Shown here piece after piece: positions 12,451 to 23,855 of a DNA stretch of 48,993 nucleotides (position 1 is its first letter; each line of letters opens with the position of its first letter). The notes below the pieces were generated by a model. The model saw only the letters and a program-made list of their open reading frames with translations, was not told the DNA's origin and made no database searches. Made by a program: the position numbers and the translations under genes. Origin of the DNA: Girardia tigrina (Eukaryota); the NCBI GenBank assembly GCA_001938485.1, contig MQRK01176970.1:2898-51890 (forward strand). The letters are read 5' to 3'.

Positions 12451-12823
12451 TTATTTAAAATCGTGAAACATAGCACTTGCTATTGCTTGTTCAAAATATT
12501 TTATAATCGATGCAGCATTTCGTTGCAGTACCAGTTTTTAAATTTCTGTAAAAATTTTTTGTCCGCGAGAAGCGCATAGACAATAGAAAAAGCAGCTAAA
12601 CCTTTTACTTTATGAAAGGTATATAACTGCACAAATAGATGAGATACACTCTTAAACTCTTAAAGCTAGGAACTGTGCTACTCTTTGTTATTGTAAAATT
12701 TGCGGTAAAAGCAATCTGACTCCTACTTAGTGGAAGAGCAAGTTCAGCTCACCTTGTCATTCCTTTAGTGTTTGAGTAACCAGGTAATGTTTCTCTTTAA
12801 TTCTATCTGAGCTCTTGAACTGT

Positions 12824-13005
12824 CAGTCGAATACGGATAACTCGAACTTGGTTACCTTGATTTTCGTCTTTAGTTGAAGTTTTTCGAAGTCCTAAAATAA
12901 TTGCCATCAAAAATAATATATACATTCAAGTACGGATAACTCGAAATTCTGTTAACTTGAACATTTTAACTGGTGCAACAGTTTCGAATTATCCGTAGTC
13001 AACTG
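12824..13005. mobile_element. Tigger/pogo-like MITE
   Basis: CAGTCGAATACGGATAACTCGAAC ... TTCGAATTATCCGTAGTCAACTG|TA; internal repeat TACGGATAACTCGAA at ~12931. Confidence 0.65.
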
Positions 13006-13097
13006 TATTTCAGTGTAAGTTTGAAAAATTATTTGATTTCATTGATAGATACGTTCATTATAAAGTTTAGCTGAATTCGTCTAATCGTTGATAGTAA

Positions 13098-15093
13098 CAC
13101 TGGGGAACAATTTTTAAATAATTTTTGTTGCATGAACTTACACAATTGTTTTTGACTAATTTTTGGATGCAGATTCCAAATATGGAACTCTTATTTTTCT
13201 ATAAGCTCTAGTTTTTTTGCAATCTGTAAAGTAACGATATTAACAGAAAGCAATCTTTCTAAGAAACAGCTGCTCAACCTTGTTTGCATTAATATGGTTG
13301 ACAATTATGAGGTGAAAAGGGAATTGAAATTGAGAGGAGCTACCGAAACAAAGGACATAATAGATGTAGTTTCAAATATGTATAAATTACACAAAATGGA
13401 AAAAGAAGAAACAGTTGCGGCATACAATACGGTAGATAAACATGATGAATGGAAAACGGAAGGTAAACGTAAACCACACTATAAAGAACGAACCCAATAA
13501 AAAAATCGAAATTAGGTACAGTATTCAAAGAAATAATCAATAAAAACCGAAAAATAACTATTCAAAAGTTTTAAAATGCTGGGCATGTCACGAAGAAGGA
13601 CACACAAGAAGAAACAACCAAATATAAAGTGTTCCTATTGAAACAGAAATGGCCATATCAGGAAGCAATGTTTCATGAACAAGGATAGATTTATAGAAAG
13701 AGTCCTAGACGCCAGAAAAAATGAATGGAAGAGAACAAATAACCCACGACATCAACAGATGCATCAAAATCGAAGATATGATATTGCAGAAATGCATGAT
13801 GGCAACGATTAAAACGAATACGAAGAAACACGGTCAAATGAAGGAAACTCGAGATAAAGAATGTTTCCAGATAATAGAAAAGTATACGACAAAGACCAAG
13901 GAAACGAGTATGCACGATCACAAGGAGATGCGATCAGTGTGTTTCACTAAAAAGTAAAAATGTTTGTGGTTGTGATTGTGTATGTAAAGGTATGTATGAC
14001 TGTATGTGTGATTGTGTTTTGGAAGAGACCCCTCTTGAAGTTTTTGAATTAGATTATTGGAAAGAAGAATTTGAAATATACTGTTTTGATAAGGAGATAA
14101 AGAAAAAATCAATTGTCTGTCGAAATAAAATTATTTTTCCACCTCTGCACATCAAGTTTGGAATTATAAAACAATTTGTTAAAGCTTTATCGAAGGATGG
14201 TGAATGCTTCAAATACATTGTAAATGCATTCCCTGCCTTAACAATCGAGAAAATCAAAGCAGGAGTTTTTGACGGACCTCAGATTCGTACACTTGTGCGT
14301 GATGATGGGCTTATTACAGTAATGTCTGACCAAGAAAATAAGGCTTAGTTATCGTTTGTGTCTGTTATTCAAAATCTTTTCGGGAATGTGAAGTCATATG
14401 ATTACGAAATTCATGTTGAGAGAATGCTTACATCCTTTCGAGACCTCGGATGCAATATGAGCATTAAACTTCATTTCCTGCTCAGTCGCCTCAACAGATT
14501 CCCAGAAAACCTTGGGTCATACAGTGATGAGCAGAGAGAAAGGTTTCATCAAAGCCTGAAGATGATGGAACAGCGGTATCATGGGAGATGGGACCAACAC
14601 ATGATGTCTGACTATTGCTGGACCATTCAACGCGGTTGTACTTGAGATCATCATACACGCAAAAGCTACAAAAGGAAATTTATACCTGAATAGTAATGAC
14701 TAATTTCATTAAAATGACAATATTGACTGTTGTTATACTATAGCAATTTCATTTCATCTGTACATTATATAGATTATTCATTGGTAGAACAGAATTTGAA
14801 CTTTTCCATGTGGTAATATAATCTTATCTGGCTTCACATATCATTGTACATAACTTTTCGCTTGCTAGTTTGGGAATTATAGTGGAGCTTTATAAGAAAT
14901 TTAAAAATCATGATGATAGATAATGGGCTAGATACGTAATATATAGTACAAATTTAATAAAATCAACATCTTAAGATTGCTAAAAAGACTAGAGCTTACA
15001 GAAAAAAACGAACAAATTATTTAAAATTAGCACCCCAAAATTACTTGGAAACAGTTGTCAGATCTCTTGCTACAAAATATGTTTTCCCATGTG
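13098..15093 (+). mobile_element. Chapaev3-type (CMC) DNA transposon, internally deleted, with TAA target duplication
   Basis: TAA|CACTGGGGAACA ... TGTTTTCCCATGTG|TAA. Transposase C-terminal half at ~14100-14690: FPPLHIKFG, KIKAGVFDGPQIR, MSIKLHFL, SDEQRERFHQ, MEQRYHGRW, DYCW; one in-frame TAG at 14346-14348. Confidence 0.88.
13240..14095 (+). mobile_element. Gypsy gag fragment nested inside the Chapaev element
   Basis: Degraded CCHC knuckles CWACHEEGHTRR (~13578) and CSY*NRNGHIRKQC (~13630) after a gag-like ORF at 13294-13500. Confidence 0.6.
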
Positions 15094-15214
15094 TAATTTA
15101 AATCAAACGACGAAGAACGAAACAAATAACGAAACGTATTTTGATTTGTTTTCTTTAATTTGTTATTGATTATAAAAATCTCATTCATTTTTAACAATAA
15201 TTTTATTCTTTTAG

Positions 15215-15409
15215 GACAAATATATTATATCAAACTTATTCTTTCTAACTTTGGTCTGTGCTTGGCATGGTTTGGTCGTCGTTATTAACAAAATCATTAA
15301 ACGATTTAATAATAGCCTGAGCGAAAATCTAGAAATGTATGTTTTGATATCGATATCTGCTGGATATTGTCTTTATAATCTTGGGTTTATATTAATAATT
15401 TATCTTGTG
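15215..15409 (+). CDS. Exon of a pentameric ligand-gated ion channel-like gene (M3, short linker, M4)
   Basis: TTTTAG acceptor and GTAAG donor, 195 nt open in phase 0: DKYIISNLFFLTLVCAWHGLVVVINKIIKRFNNSLSENLEMYVLISISAGYCLYNLGFILIIYLV. Two hydrophobic helices; DKY resembles the start of pLGIC M3. Confidence 0.75.
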
Positions 15410-15461
15410 GTAAGCAACAATTAATATATTTACTTGGATCATTGTGATTTGGTGTTTTCAG

Positions 15462-15509
15462 GCTTTTAAAAGAAGAAGACAAATGCAGAAACTAGACAGG
15501 GAATATATG
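15462..15509 (+). CDS. Next exon of the same channel gene (AFKRRRQMQKLDREYM)
   Basis: 52-nt GT..AG intron at 15410-15461; 48-nt phase-0 exon followed by GTAAG. Confidence 0.75.
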
Positions 15510-15974
15510 GTAAGATTAGTGATGTTATTGTTACTGTTATCGTTGTCCAGAATCCTTAAAGTATGGTGTTATTATCAAATTAAAAGAGTAAATACTCTTT
15601 TTTCTTTAATTTATTTTGGTTATGATTTTTATTTTACATTTCATTTATTTGTGGTTTATTAAGAACATTAATTGAATTTTCTTTACATTTACTTATACCA
15701 CAATTTGAATTGTCACTACAACAATTCTCCGTAAAACTTGCGTAGCTCGTCATCGTTCTTGATTGATAATCTTTAATAATATTCTTTAACGTCTTATTAT
15801 TCAAAAAATTTAAATTACAATTTAATTATTACAAAAATAATTTATACTTTAAATTTAAAATAATTTATATTTATTTTAAGAAAATATTATTTATGAAATA
15901 TTAGTTTAATTTTAAAATGATTATTTTAATTTTAATAATTGATTAAACAACCCGACTTTAAAAAAATATTTAAA

Positions 15975-16058
15975 ATATCAATCTTGGTGGGAGAAACACA
16001 ATCATAAAACAACATACCAAACAACATACAATAAGCACCATTCAAAATATTCCTCACA
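15975..16058 (-). repeat. Copy of a dispersed LTR-like repeat
   Basis: GGTGGGAGAA...CAACATAC...AAAATATTCCTCACA shared with ~46165-46274 and more loosely ~1705-1789. Confidence 0.55.
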
Positions 16059-16280
16059 TCCCCATCGATTTAAATGGCTTTAGCCATTCTACATTCCTTA
16101 TCAAAATTCTACCATCTAATTCCAATTCACCGAATTTTCATTTGGTTTGCCATCTGCTTGATGTATTTGAAGGATTTCTAACCGGGTTTTGTAATCAAAA
16201 TTGTTGAGTTTACAAAAATTTATATTTATAAGTCTTAATTGAAATTAATACTTTTATAACTGACCTAATATATTAATTAA

Positions 16281-16513
16281 CCGTTTCCAGCCCAAATTAT
16301 TATATTGGAGCATTGAATATCCGTTACAATGTTGATTTAATTTGCTAAGAAACAAGTGAGAATCGCGCTTCTTTACATTCTAATATATGTAGTGTCATCT
16401 ATTAGACTTTTAGAAACTATTACTATTTGTAAAATTTAAATTGGGTAAAAGAGATAACTGTAATTTAGTTTTTCAAATATGTTGCCATATGGCAACAATG
16501 GACTGGAAAAGGG
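16281..16513. mobile_element. piggyBac-type MITE in the channel-gene intron
   Basis: TTAA|CCGTTTCCAGCCCA ... TGGACTGGAAAAGGG|TTAA. Confidence 0.75.
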
Positions 16514-17664
16514 TTAAAGACTAATATTTTTTTATACTTTGAAATAATTCACTAAATAAAATTCAATAAAAATTAATGTTCAATGTTGGGTTCTTGATCA
16601 ATATTAGAATTCATAACACCAAAAATTTATTAATAACACAATTAACAATTATTCAAACAATTTTTGTTGTAATAAAAATTGTTGTTTTTAATAAAAATTT
16701 TTGTAGAGGAACTTTCTATCGATTTCTTAATGACAAGATTATTATATAAAAATATGAAATTATAAATATTAATAACTGATAAGTTATATTAAAATTGAAA
16801 ATTTTTAATTCTATTTATTTGAAAATTTACATCCTTATTTTTAAATTAAAAATAAACAAAATTTTGTAGTCATATTTTTTACTAAATTAATCATAATGAT
16901 ATTTTATTATTTTAGAATTAGTTTAATGTTATTTCTCTTTTTTTGAAACATTTCTAATTAATAAAGATTTTAATGTTTTATTTTTTTTTCAATATTTACA
17001 AATCAATATTTTAATCAATTATTTAAAAATCCATTATTTCCCAATTAATTTCATTTTAAGTTTTTTTACACTGCAAATAAAATTCGATTATTCTCGAAAA
17101 TAACTTTTTAAAATTAATTACGATATTTTTTACATTATTAGAAAAACTTTTGATTTTAGAAAAGTTTAGAAAACTTTTGATTTTAAATATTTACTTATTT
17201 CAAATATTATTTATAACAAATTATTTATTCAAAAATTTAAAGGATGGACTTTTCACATGAGTCATTCACATTCAATAAAGTTCCATTAATTTTCATTAAT
17301 AGAATAAATGAGCAATTATTATATTTTATTTTATTTAGGGAACTATTTCAAAACATAAACAAAACTATAAATCATTAATAATATTAATATAATAATTCAC
17401 GATTTTCTGTGACGCGATTAAGTGTCATAGATTTTCTTAAAACAACTTTAACAAAATTATTTTTTAAAAATATATATATTTTTTTTTATTTATTATTTAT
17501 TTTCGAAAAAAATCTCAAACAGGCCTTCAATAAATAAGCCAAACAAAAAACCTAATTGATCGTAATCATTTCGTGATCATTGAAATATGGATCTGGAAAT
17601 TTTCCTCAACTCTGTCTAATTATTTTATTAATTTTCCTTGAAATATAAATGAGTTTTTTTTCAG

Positions 17665-17775
17665 GAAAAAGTTCAATGTCAAATAAAAACGAAAGGAAAT
17701 CGGCGAGCGAGAATGAATCAACAAACGCGACAAATTCACGAAGTGAAAGCGAACGGTTCGACTGTTTTCATTTGA
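17665..17775 (+). CDS. Probable terminal exon of the channel gene (EKVQCQIKTKGNRRARMNQQTRQIHEVKANGSTVFI*)
   Basis: Strong T-rich TTTTTTTTCAG acceptor, phase-0 open frame to TGA at 17773-17775, AATAAA downstream (~17800, ~17882). Confidence 0.6.
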   Translation, partial: EKVQCQIKTKGNRRARMNQQTRQIHEVKANGSTVFI

Positions 17776-18619
17776 ATTATTTAATTTTCATTAAAAAAAA
17801 ATAAATAAATTGCTTTTTCTTCTTAGTTTTATTTTTTGCGTCTTTCTCTTTCACTCATAAATATTTATTTAAAAAAAATCCAATAAAAAAGATTTTTTTC
17901 GTCAATATTGGAAATAATTATTTATTTGTAAAAATTATTTTAGTTGACGCATGCTTTGGTATAACTCGTCGTCGTTTCCCGTAAATATATTTGTTGATCC
18001 AGTGGAAGGTAAATGACAATTATCCGTGAACGGGAAATGATTATTTGTCTCTGCATTGAAATAATTGCAAAAGATTTTTCCCCATTTAGATTGTTAATAG
18101 TTTTTTTTTCGTCTTAGAAACGAAATTTATTCATGCAGAAAAAAATTCCCATTTTCCCATTAATATATAAATAAATAATATTTTAAATTTTATATTTTTG
18201 TTCTTATTTAACAAAAAAATCTTAGGACCTTCTTTCTAATAGTTCTTTCTATTAGTTTATGATTTTTTTATAAAAAAATATTTTTCTTTCAAAAAAAATA
18301 ATGACATTTAATATTTTTAACAATTTGATAATTGAAATTGTTTTCTTTAATTTTTTTTTAATTATCAATAATAAATAAAACTTTTTTTACACAAAAAATT
18401 TAATTAAATTTTAATAATCGTGTAGAATTATTAAAAAAAATAATTTCTGTTTTTTCAAGTTATTTTGTGACTTATTTTTGTAAATTAGTGATTTGAAGCC
18501 CTGGGATCATTAAAAAATAGTTGTAATAAGCGAATTACGAGATGAAAAACAATTTTATTTAAATTAAACTTTACAATTCTGAATATTTAAACAACTGGCA
18601 TATGAAAATATTTTAACAT

Positions 18620-19610
18620 TCACATAATAATTCCGCACTGAACCTGTTTGACGACTTAGATTCTGTATCTTTTATGTCTTTATCAATCTTGATCTGGGTA
18701 GCGTCTCACTCTTGTTTCATCGATCCCTTTTGGTTGCTCATCTGGCATGTGGTCCTCTTCCTTTGCATCTCGATGGTCATTTTTCATACTTCTTGATATT
18801 CACCGCATTTCTCTCATTTTTTCTTATATTACTTATACTTTTTAAACTATACGCATGCTTCCCCAGTTTAACGATCACCTCATATGACCCTCCGTATCTT
18901 GGTATCTCGATTCCTTTGATTCGCAAAAGTATCATAGCCAGCATTAAATCGTTAATTATCAGACTGCACTTGTTGAAATTCTTTGATATATTTGCGATAT
19001 TTTCCTCTTTTTGCTGAATTCACTTTTTTTCCTAGTAGAACGATCTCATTTTCCGATCAAATTTAACCTCAAATGATAAGAATTTAATACTTCAGTAAAT
19101 GGTATTTCTTAATCCAAATCCAACAAATGGAATCCCATCTTTCTTTTCACTGTCGGATGACTTGGCTGATGTGTAAAGCATGTATGTACTGAATAGTCTT
19201 TCAATTGCACCGTTACTATGGGGATAATAAGGTTTTATTATTTTAAGAATGGTACATAGTTCATGTACATTTCGTTTAAAGCCCCTTTGGCAAATTACAT
19301 GCAGCAAGTCTCCTCTAAATCGAAAGTCCTTCCGATTTTACCATAACCCCTGAGCTTCTCTGTCTACTTTCTGAAGTTCTCCAAGATATTGATTTTGTCT
19401 CTTATAAGTTTAATTATCAATGCCAGATTATTATCTTCCGTCTGACAGACCTTCTCTTTTTCCATTACTATACGCCGGCAGTAGACAACCATTTTTTTAT
19501 CATTTTGATTTTCATTGTAATATTTCACATTTCGTTTTGCCATGGAATTTTCATGGTTCATTGCACATTCTGGTGCTTCTGTTCTTCTCCTTTCCTGTAT
19601 TGGATATCCA
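18620..19610 (-). mobile_element. Decayed Gypsy integrase fragment
   Basis: PYYPHSNGAIERLFST integrase-core motif and YGGSYEVIVKLGKHAY (GPY-like). Confidence 0.75.
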
Positions 19611-21379
19611 TATGAAAGATGATCAATTCATTAAGCTAGGAACTAAATTGGGTTGGGAAATAAGTTCTACATAATTAAAATAAACTCAGATTTTAAGACC
19701 AAATATTTTTCCAGATTTAAGACACATGGAATGCGGCTCATAGGAAGTTTTAGACAATTACATCAAAGTCGAAGTTGTAAAAACTAAAATAACTTCAAAA
19801 GTGTCTCAAATTAGCCACTTTTATGGTAATATCTTGAATAATTAAAATAAATAAAAAAAATTATTCACTTAAAACTAACAAAAATTAAATTATATTTGCT
19901 GATAATGGAGTATGAAACTCCGAAACATTTTCAATAATCAATGTCTTAAAAAAGCTTTAACAAAATGATAATTTTAATGTTTTAATAGTAAGTCAAAATT
20001 AATTAAATATGTTATAATTGATATAATCGATAGTTTTAATTACGAAATTCTCGAGATGATCGTTTTTTCCATAAAGATTTGTTAATTAAAAATCTGAACA
20101 TTCCGATTTGTCCCCCTGAATTATTCATAATTATACTTAATTGCTTTAAAAATTGAAGAACGATGCTAATTGTCTTAAAATCTCACATAATTAGCGTTTA
20201 TTTATTAATTAAATTAATTTTAAAAAAGATAAAAAAATAATTCTAACAATAAAATATTCTTAAATAAAAATTTAAAATAAATCGTGATTGTACTTTTGCT
20301 TTGGAAAAAGGAATCGAGTTTCTCTTTAGATTGTACTAAAACGATAATCACTGAAAATTTTGCTTCAGAAATCCTAATTCTTCAGGGGAAAAATAATATT
20401 CGGGTAAATTCTGGCGGTATTAAAACGGGTTTCCGTTTACGGTAAATTTCAATTTGTGATAAAATCTGTTCGGTATATTAGCGTGTTGCATATTATATGC
20501 AAATGCTCAAATGTGCTCGAGAGCTCTAAAAACCTTTTTGACAGGAAATTCCTCTTTGAGATTCATCTTGTCATGGAATGAGATCTTAAATCTAACGGTA
20601 GGATTTTCGTATTTTTGTAAAAAAATATTTGTCAAATTTCATTTGACAAAAAAATCACAAATTATTCATTTAATTAAAATTATGAAATAAAAAAAACTTT
20701 ACTTTTAATTAAAGGAAACTTCGCTTTTCTGTTCGTGTTTCTAAGAGAAATTTTGGGTGTTTATAAAATGTATAATGTATTGCTGGGTTCATGATCAAAG
20801 ATTGAGTTCATAACGAAAATATTTATCAAAATAACAATTAAGTTTTTTTTCAAACAAATTTATGAAGAACGATGTTTTGCTAGTTTTGCACAAACCAAAC
20901 GTAAAACTTGATAAATATAAATATCTTTGTAAATTTTAATTATTTAAAATTGGTAGTGCATAATTTTAAAATTAATTTTAATGCTTTCTTATTTTTTAAA
21001 TTTTATAATATAACGTTAAATCTTATTTTTTAGGATGTTGTATATATATTTTTTAAACGAGCGTACCACAATTCATACGCTAATTTTACAATTTTACGCA
21101 CATATTTTTACTATTTCTTACGCTAAATAGAAAATACAATAAAAAAAATGCAAATTTGTACTCTAAGTTTATAATTTTTACTCTAATTTAACAATTTGAA
21201 TGCTAATTTTTTAAGTTAACTTTTACAGTTTCTTACTCTAAATATAATTCAACTTTCTTTCCATTTTTTTAAAATAATAAAAATTTATAGATAATATATT
21301 TTAAATCGGTGATTTTTTGATTTATTAATTAGTTTTTTACATTTATTTCCAATATTAAAAATTGATTAAAATGTATCTA

Positions 21380-22170
21380 TAAATGGATAACAATAATACT
21401 ACAAAAGAAATTAAGAAACGAACGATAAACCAATGGAAAACATATGAAGGAGTTGGTTATAATGTTGAAAGTTGAATATGGATTCAGAGAGATAAAAAAT
21501 ATAACAAGGTGACGACGACATATACGTATTGTTGCCAAAATTCTGGATGTACCAAGAAAATGAGGAAGATTGTTAGTCTATCCGGTTCAGTTGTGATACC
21601 ATATAATTTTGAAGATGGACATGAATGTATATTCGATGACTCTCTAGCGGCTAAAAATCCATTTGTTGAAGATATCAAATATCAAACATCACGAAACCAA
21701 TTTTATTTACCTTAACAGAAAAAGAAACATCATTTGTCGTCCAAAAATGCTACAACTTTATTTTAAGCTGCTGTAAAACCCAAAAAATTACATTTAAGCC
21801 CGAATCCATTACATCTGATCTAGGGAAACAATTTGAAATTTTGACCTCATTTGATTTGATAAAAGTGGACTGTTTTTTTTCATGTAAGTAAACTGTTAAA
21901 GGCAGAAATTTCAAAATTGGATGACTATACAAACGCAATTTTTGATGACATATATTTTTTACAGGCAATTTCTATACCCGATCTATTCGAAGTTTATACC
22001 CGCCTATTTAACAAAAATACTCAAATATACCTTCATGCATAGAATTTATTAAAAATTTTAACGATAAAAGAATAAAGAAAAATAAAAATTGGTATGAGGG
22101 TGCATATATTTCTGCTCCGTCGACAAATAATACATTGGAATCTTTTAATAACGTAATAAAAACTGTGTAT
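21380..22170 (+). mobile_element. Mutator-like (MULE) transposase remnant
   Basis: N-terminal YCCQNSGCTKK...GHEC zinc-finger-like motif; WYEGAYISAPSTNNTLESFNNVIK catalytic-Glu region at ~22090-22160. Confidence 0.7.
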
Positions 22171-22282
22171 TTGTTGGGTATTAAAAATCTTTAAACTTAA
22201 ATGTAACAACTAATAACAAATCTATAAAATTTATTTTTCACTAACAAAAACTTTTTTAAATAGATATTATTTAAACAAATAA

Positions 22283-22822
22283 TTATCTATATTTTTTCAT
22301 GTTAAATATTTCATTTAAGAAATAAATTTCACATGTAATACTCCCCCTAGATTCTTCGTCACAAGAATCTATATCTACTACATACTCGTTCAAATAATTC
22401 GGTTTTCGTCTTTCTCTTTGGGGTCTGTTGCTGATTCCCGATTCACTTTGCTTAACACTCGAAGCTGATTCGTTGTTATTTTCCAACATGTAATCNNNNN
22501 NNNNNNNNNNNNNNNNNNNNNNNNNNNNNNNNNNNNNNNNNNNNNNNNNNNNNNNNNNNNNNNNNNNNNNNNNNNNNNNNNNNNNNNNNNNNNNNNNNNN
22601 NNNNNNNNNNACAACGCCTCTTGTCCATTGCTTTGTACATGGCATATTATTTTCAGGCTTTACCCAGACTAACTGTTGCTCTACGAAGTTTGTCTTTACC
22701 TTATTGTAAACCGGCTCCTTTTCAATTCTTTCGATTATCTCCAAACCGACTGGAATGTACTTGTAAAGTGCTGAACTATGTGTCTCCTTTCCGTCGGGCG
22801 GTGTATTGTTATACCACATTCC
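22283..22822 (-). mobile_element. Gypsy-type integrase C-terminus and PPT, spanning an N gap
   Basis: WYNNTP...LVWVKP...CTKQWTRGV...RPQRERRKPNYLNEYV, then purine tract AGGGGGAG. Confidence 0.7.
22496..22610. other. Assembly gap (N run)
   Basis: N characters. Confidence 1.
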
Positions 22823-22849
22823 ATGATACTGATATCTAGACGCAATTCT

Positions 22850-23200
22850 CTTGATTGTCTTATGATTTCTGTCTATTATTCCGTTGCAATTTGGTCAAAT
22901 GACAGATTAAAAAAATCTACTTCATCCAACTCTTTCTTCCAATCTTTCTTTTTCAGATTACCATTTTTCAAGCTTTTACTTGAATGTAATAGCTTTTGCA
23001 ATGTACTATTTTAAAAATAAAATTTGAGTTCTTCAAATGAAAACCAAAAGAATTATACTATAATGGAATTTTATAAGTTTGTAAATAGATGGAATGAACT
23101 TATAAATAATCAGGGAAAGTACATTGATGACTGAATATTTAATTAAACTTCACTTGTTTACTTTACTTTAAAATTCAAAAGACCTTATGAGATGACCTCA
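22850..23200 (+). mobile_element. mariner 3' remnant
   Basis: Degraded LHP...SDYHF and C-terminal KPKELYYNGI..FVNRWNELINNQGKYIDD*. Confidence 0.65.
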
Positions 23201-23439
23201 TGATTTAATTTGTAAAATTTTTATATTTTTATTTATCTCCCATAATCATTTTTAAAATTTTTGTAATTTAAGGCATACTAACTGTTTATATTGTTTATTT
23301 AAACTTTTGTTTTCTCACTGGACCAAACAATTAAATAAGTTAAATTCTAGCACGAAACGTGTCGGAAAATTGCAACCATATTTGTTGTTTTTTTATTAAT
23401 TTTTTTAAAAATTAAAAACGTCATTTTAAAATCAAATCT

Positions 23440-23490
23440 TTTATTAATGCAATAAATTTCGATGGAATATCTGTCATCATCAGGAATTTT
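23440..23490 (-). ncRNA. Degenerate hammerhead ribozyme-like motif
   Basis: CUGAUGA-UGACAGAUAUUCCAUC-GAAA-UUUAUUGCAUUAAUA: both core boxes present, stem II mutated. Confidence 0.55.
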
Positions 23491-23848
23491 TGATCCTAGC
23501 TGTTAAGCATATATATTAAATTGATGATGATGTAATTACTGCTTTATGTAAACACTTTCACTAAAGTTGATGAGTCACATGAATCAAGTGATTGGATTGG
23601 AAATTAATTGCTGGATTAATCGCTTTAATTATTAATGCCTCACACGAGACTCTTTCTCAATAATTTATAAAATTGCTGCATAAAACTTTAAAATCATTTA
23701 TTTTAACAGGAGTTTTACAATGTTTTTAATGTTCAGCAATATTACTTACTACCACTTCAATGTCCATGCTCATGTCCCATATATAAGCTTAACAGTTAGA
23801 ATCACAAGCACTAGATGATGACGGATATTCCGTCGAAACAAATTGCAT
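23448..23848 (-). mobile_element. 5'-truncated Penelope-like element: GIY-YIG tail between inverted pseudo-LTR copies
   Basis: Minus-strand peptide C.SNC*AYI...SNIAEH*KHC...NDFKVLC...RVSCEALIIKAINPAINFQ; inverted ~35-bp repeats at 23448-23483 and 23811-23848. Confidence 0.75.
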
Positions 23849-23855
23849 TCATAAA
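23811..23855 (+). ncRNA. Second (inverted) hammerhead-like motif
   Basis: CU(A)GAUGA-U-GACGG-AUAUU-CCGUC-GAAA-CAAAUUGCAUUC: perfect 5-bp stem II, first core box disrupted. Confidence 0.5.
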
